NCBI GenBank assembly: GCA_951406725.2
Contig: OX597831.1
Span: 21,886,001-21,950,000, forward strand
Source of the DNA: Octopus vulgaris
Taxonomy: Eukaryota
Length of the DNA stretch: 64,000 nt
Reading direction: 5' to 3'
The notes beneath the pieces were generated by a model. The model made no database searches. It saw only the letters and a program-made list of their open reading frames with translations, and was not told the DNA's origin. Position 1 is the first letter of the stretch. The number at the start of each line of letters is the position of its first letter. A program made the position numbers and the translations under genes. Positions 57,595-64,000 of this stretch are shown here, piece by piece.

Positions 57595-57978
57595 TAAATT
57601 AATCAAAATAAAAACATGATGCCAAGGATTCAGCGGTACATATGTTTCGGGCCTTTATTAGACGGATTTATAACAATGCATAATGTGTGCCTATGGCCTT
57701 CTTCAGCTCATTCTACATCAGCCCATTCTACATTGAGAGAAGGACGAGATGGACACTTCATTTTTGTGCTAGTGCCGCATTATGTCGTACGCGAATGAGA
57801 GGATTTGCATCCCCAACGTAGAATTTTTGATGTAATACATGTCCTTGAGGTAGTAATTGTGCGCGGCTGAAGAAGGCCATAGACACACATTATGCATTGT
57901 TATAAATCCGTCTAATAAAGGCCTGAAACATATGTACCGCTGAATCCTTGGCATCATGTTTTTAGTTTGATTAATTTA
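57595..57978 (+). mobile_element. Fold-back element with 113-bp inverted arms containing a hammerhead
   Basis: 57595-57707 is inverted to 57866-57978. Confidence 0.85.
57863..57940 (+). ncRNA. Type I hammerhead ribozyme, canonical core
   Basis: gcgg-CTGAAGA-aggcc..ggcct-GAAAC-ATAT-GTA-ccgc; palindromic stem III ACATATGT. Confidence 0.85.
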
Positions 57979-58111
57979 TATATATATGTGAGTGTGTGTG
58001 TATATATATATAGAGAGAGAGAGAGATGGAGGGAGATAGTTAGATGCATACATAAAAATATACCAACACATACACAAACACATACACACATACACACACA
58101 CATACACGCCC

Positions 58112-58145
<34 letters not shown>

Positions 58146-58477
58146 TTATCTTTTGTTGAAGGCCAACCATCTATGATCTGATTGTAGTGACCCATTCATT
58201 CATCTCAATACCTTTTCCGAAATAAGCGACAGGTTTATATTACAGATTTCGACCTGACCTAATGACACCGGTCGTTAGGATATGATTTACTGGTCAGTTC
58301 ATCGATATTGGCTGCAGAGGATATTCAACATTTCAGATTCATTTTAATTTAAAGAAAATCTCATTAGCGGATAAGATGTAGCATTTGAAATAGATTAAGA
58401 TCTCATCTGGCAGGACAAAATATTATTGTAGCTGGTTTTATAAATGTATGTGATTTTGTCTGGGAATATATCGAGAC

Positions 58478-58508
<31 letters not shown>

Positions 58509-58698
58509 TGTATGTATGTATGTATGTATGTATGTATGTATGTATGTATGTATGTATGTATGTATGTATGTATGTGTGTGCGTGTATGTATGTTTGTATG
58601 TATGTGTGCGTGTATGTATGTTTGTATGCATGTATGTATGTGTGTATGTATGTTTGTATGCACGTATGTATGTATGTATGTGTGTATGTATGTGTGTG

Positions 58699-58732
<34 letters not shown>

Positions 58733-58954
58733 TGTATGTATGTATGTATGTATGTGTGCGTGTATGTATGTTTGTATGCATGTATGTATGTGTGTATGTA
58801 TGTTTGTATGCACGTATGTATGTATGTATGTGTGTATGTATGTGTGTGTATATATGTATGTATGTATGTGTGTGTATGTATGTATGTATGTATGTATGTA
58901 TGTATATAGGTAGGTATGTAGGTAGGTAGGTAGGTAGGGAGATATCTGTGTATG

Positions 58955-59018
<64 letters not shown>

Positions 59019-59129
59019 TACATATATATATATATGAATATATATATATGCATATAACTGAATAAAATAGAGTCAAGAAGTAGTACGGCTAGACAGCTAT
59101 TTGATAAACACCGCACATGTTTCGATACA

Positions 59130-59746
59130 GCATATACACTGGATTTAAAGCATGCACCGGTTTACTGGTAAGCAACGGCATAATGGGAACCATTTGTATC
59201 TCCTCATGTGATTTGCAATTGCTGCACCGTTAGTACAGGAGAGGTTTTTCTTCTAGCTCTTCGTTCACAATACCCAAGCTTATGCAGATATGTACCACAC
59301 GTTCTTGGACTAAATTCTAGCTGTTTTGCAATGTCAGAATCCTTCGAACGGAGTTAGTTTTCCACAATTCTCTTCAAACAGCGAAGCTTCCTTTCCGAGG
59401 GCCCAGGTCGGCTGGGACGAGAATCTATTGATTCTTTTCCTTGGCTTTTGAACTGCACTATAATTCTATTAACACTAGCAAGAGGAATTTGAAGATTTTC
59501 GTCAATTTTTCTCTGGCAATTAGCAGCCTCTAATTGCCCAATAAAAAGGCCTCTTTGAAAATCTGACAGTTCTGCTGAATTTTTTGTGCGTGGCATGGTT
59601 ACTCTTCGCAAATGTTTAATATAATGGCACCTGGAATGAAAAAGAATAATTACATTGTAAATTCTACACCGCTGAAAGAATATCAAGACGTTTCGATCAG
59701 AAATTTTGAAAATTAAGGGTTTCTATTTACTTCCTGCATGTCTGTA
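59130..59746 (-). pseudogene. Tc1-like transposon 5' half (paired-like HTH DNA-binding domain)
   Basis: MPRTKNSAELSDFQRGLFIG..IPLASVNRII..RPSRP..LKRIVEN*..LHKLGY..RARRKPLL; TIR-like cagacatgcaggaagtaaatagaaac next to TA. Confidence 0.8.
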
Positions 59747-59761
59747 TATATAACATACTAT

Positions 59762-60115
59762 ATTTAACAATTAAAGAATGGCCTTAATAGGCCATTCGTC
59801 CACTAGAAAGAGCAGCCAGGACTCAAACCGCTAAGTAGTAGTAATTCAGAAATTAGGTGAAAATTTAAAAACGTTTACCCTAATTCATCTTTAGACGTCT
59901 AAAGATGAATTAGGGTAAACGTTTTTAAATTTTCACCTAATTTCTGAATTACTACTACTTAGCGGTTTGAGTCCTGGCTGCTCTTTCTAGTGGACGAATG
60001 GCCTATTAAGGCCATTCCTTAATTGTTAAATTTATATATTTAGTCTTTGACTATTTTCTCTTTCCCACTAGACCGCTGGTAGCGATAAATGTCTATTGAA
60101 TTTTTTGCTACCCTA
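59762..60115 (+). mobile_element. Fold-back element G: 270-bp loopless palindrome plus complete GGCUGCU structured motif
   Basis: Arms 59762-59896/59897-60031 with one mismatch (59775/60018); motif 59976-60112. Confidence 0.85.
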
Positions 60116-60302
60116 AATTGATTAATATAACATAATCTATGTATTCAAATATATATATAGGTATATATGTGCGTGGTGTGTGTGTGTATGTGCCTGCGTT
60201 CATATGTATGTGTGCTTAACAACATATGCGTATATCTATAGGTTAGTGCAGGTATGATAAATATGGCTAAGAAGCTTGAATTACTTCCGCGTGGTCTTGG
60301 GT

Positions 60303-60719
60303 TTACTCTTTTCTCTCTTTTACTCTTTTATTTGTTTCAGTCATTTGACTGCGGTCATGCTGGAGCACCGCCTTTAGTCGAGCAACTCGACCCCGGGTCT
60401 TATTCTTTTTGTAAGCCCAGTACTTATTCTATCGGTCTCTTTTTGCCGAACCGCTAAGTTACGGGGACGTAAACACACCAGCATCGGTTGTCAAGCAATG
60501 CTAGGGGTACAAACACAGACACAAACACACACACATACATATATATATACATATATACGACAGGCTTCTTTCAGTTTCCGTCTACCAAATCCACTCACAA
60601 GGCATTGGTCGGCCCGGGGCTATAGCAGAAGACACTTGCCCAAGATGCCACGCAGTGGGACTGAACCCGGAACAATGTGGTTGGTTAGCAAGCTACTTAC
60701 CACACAGCCACTCCTGCGT
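60303..60719 (-). mobile_element. SINE family 1, full length
   Basis: Family consensus blocks. Confidence 0.9.
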
Positions 60720-60866
60720 CTCACTATATGCCAACTTAGATAATTGTTTTCAGCAATAGACTGGCACCAACAAATGCGGTATGAATAAAACTTGACACAG
60801 GTGTTTTCTTAAAATAAGAAACGACGCACTCAGAGAATACGATTTATCTGATGTATTATTTCTGTA

Positions 60867-61142
60867 GAGGCGCAATGGCTGAGTGGTTTCGATTCCCAGA
60901 CCGGGCGTTATGTGTGTTTATTGAGCGAAAACACCTAAAGCTCCACGAGCCTCTGGCAGGGGGTTGGTGGCGACCCCTGTTGTACTCTTTCGCCCCAACT
61001 TTCACTCTTTCTTCATGTTTCTTGAATAACGCTGCGATGGACTGGCGTCCCGTCCAGCTGGGGGGGGGGGGAACACATACGCCACAGAAACCAGGAAACC
61101 GGGCCCATGAGCCTGGCTAGGCTTGAAAAGGGCGCATAAAAA
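60867..61142 (+). mobile_element. SINE family 3 (internally deleted head)
   Basis: Homology to 181-545 and 1457-1740. Confidence 0.75.
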
Positions 61143-61298
61143 AAAATTACATCTCAGGAAAGAAACGTTAGGACGTCCCCAACAGGAATTCTTTGATCCT
61201 AGATCCATACAAAGGCAACCTAGGACTAAACAACAACAGCAACAGCAGCAGCAACAAATACTACTGCTGCAAATACTACTGCTGCTACTACTACCACG

Positions 61299-61341
<43 letters not shown>

Positions 61342-61685
61342 TTACTACTACTACTGTTACTACTACAACTACTACTACTACTAATAATAATAATAATACT
61401 GCGCACGCACTCGCTTATCGCAAATATATTCACGCACACGCAAGCAAGCGAATTTTCCTAAAATAGGACCTACACACAAAAGCGCGCACGTTCACTCACA
61501 CTCGGGTACGCGCGCGTACAGACACTCTCGCGGTTACATGCATGCACAGGACACCACTACAAACAGACACACTGATGTAAACACACACACGTGCGCACAC
61601 ATGCACACCAATACTCACAGATATACACAGAAAACAAGCATATATATAGACATACTCTCACATGCACGCCATCCACAATTTCATA

Positions 61686-63950
61686 ATTTTCATACACACA
61701 CATATATACATTTTCATACATATATACATACACACACATATATACATTTTCATACATATATACATACATATATACATTTTCATACATATATATATACACA
61801 CACATATGTACATTTTCATACATATATACATACACACACATATAAACATTTTCATACATATATACATACACACACATATAAACATTTTCATACATATATA
61901 CATACACACACATATATACATTTTCATACATATATACATACATATATACATTTTCATACATATATATATACACACGCATATATACGTTTTCATACATATA
62001 TACATACACACACATATATACATTTTCATACATATATACATACACACATATATACATTTTCATACATATATACATACACACACATATATACATTTTCATA
62101 CATATATACATACACACATATATACATTTTCATACATATATACATACACACACATATATACATTTTCATACATATATACATACACACACATATATACATT
62201 TTCATACATATATACATACACACACATATAAACATTTTCATACATATATACATACACACACATATAAACATTTTCATACATATATACATACACACACATA
62301 TAAACATTTTCATACATATATACATACACACACATATAAACATTTTCATACATATATACATACACACACATATATACATTTTCATACATATATACATACA
62401 CACACATATATACATTTTCATACATATATACATACACACATATATACATTTTCATACATATATACATACACACACATATATACATTTTCATACATATATA
62501 CATACACACACATATAAACATTTTCATACATATATACATACACACACATATAAACATTTTCATACATATATACATACACACACATATATACATTTTCATA
62601 CATATATACATACACACACATATATACATTTTCATACATATATACATACACCCACATATATGCATTTTCATACATATATACATACACACACATATATGCA
62701 GTTTCATACATATATACATACACACATATATATACATTTTCATATATATATACACACACATATATACATTTTCATACATATATACATACACACACATATA
62801 TACATTTTCATACATATATACATACACACACATATAAACATTTTCATACATATATACATACACACACATATAAACATTTTCATACATATATACATACACA
62901 CACATATAAACATTTTCATACATATATACATACACACACATATATACATTTTCATACATATATACATACACACACATATATACATTTTCATACATATATA
63001 CATACACCCACATATATGCATTTTCATACATATATACATACACACACATATATGCAGTTTCATACATATATACATACACACATATATATACATTTTCATA
63101 TATATATACACACACATATATACATTTTCATACATATATACATACACACACATATATACATTTTCATACATATATACATACACACACATATATACATTTT
63201 CATACACATATACATGCAAACACATATATACATATTCATACATATATACATACACACACATATATACATTTTCATGCATATATACATACACACACATATA
63301 TACATTTTCATACATATATATATACACACATATATATGCATTTTCATACATATATACATACAGACACATATATACATTTTCATACATATATACATACACA
63401 CACATATATACATTTTCATACATATATACATACACCCACATATATGCATTTTCATACATATATACATACACACACATATATGCAGTTCCATACATATATA
63501 CATACACACATATATATACATTTTCATATATATATACACACACATATATACATTTTCATACATATATACATACACACACATATATGCATTTTCATACATA
63601 TATACATACACACACATATATGCAGTTTCATGCATATATACATACACACATATATATACATTTTCATATATATATACACACACATATATACATTTTCATA
63701 CATATATACATACACACACATATATACATTTTCATACATATATACATAGACACACATATATACATTTTCATACATATATACATACACACACATATATACA
63801 TTTTCATACACATATACATGCACACACATATACATATTCATACATATATACATACACACACACGTATATACATTTTCATACATATATATATATACACACA
63901 TATACACATTTTCATAGACATATACATTTTCATACATACACATATATACG
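61686..63950. repeat. 36-bp minisatellite (CATTTTCATACATATATACATACACACACATATATA)n, about 60 units
   Basis: cattttc recurs every 36 nt (e.g. 62161, 62197); accounts for the 805-aa pseudo-ORF. Confidence 0.95.
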
Positions 63951-64000
63951 CATAGGTACACAAAAACAGATACACACCCGAACCCCAGATTACCGCACTT

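Noticed and set aside
61686-63950. CRISPR-like array
   Set aside because: Contiguous tandem units without unique spacers, in a eukaryotic context.
61538-63955. 805-aa His/Tyr/Ile-rich ORF
   Set aside because: It is the translation of a 36-bp minisatellite that happens to lack stops; other frames and the opposite strand are similarly open.

Overview
This is repeat-saturated, AT-rich eukaryotic non-coding DNA. The SINE families and the density of (TA)n/(CA)n/(TATG)n/(TAGA)n tracts point to an octopod cephalopod (Octopus-like); this is an inference. No host gene is convincingly present, and nearly all listed ORFs are translated microsatellites. The real coding remnants come from transposons: a 5'-truncated Penelope-like element (RT thumb, Cys linker, GIY-YIG; 22.7-24.4 kb) with an inverted terminal copy, plus Tc1/mariner, CR1, RTE and RLE-type LINE fragments. 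Other elements are a non-autonomous Helitron, a MITE, four tRNA-derived SINE families and a 36-bp minisatellite. The notable content is RNA structure in short fold-back elements sitting in (TA)n tracts. There are about ten type I hammerhead or hammerhead-like motifs; four look intact or nearly so (18387+, 48356+, 55324-, 57863+), and one lies in a 355-bp retrozyme-like unit. There is also a multi-helix motif I cannot assign to a known family, present in 6-7 diverged copies. It reads GGCUGCUAUUUC-P1-P2-P3-P1'-CCACU-P4, with covarying stems, and lies about 80-100 nt downstream of a hammerhead (or remnant) on the same strand in three copies.
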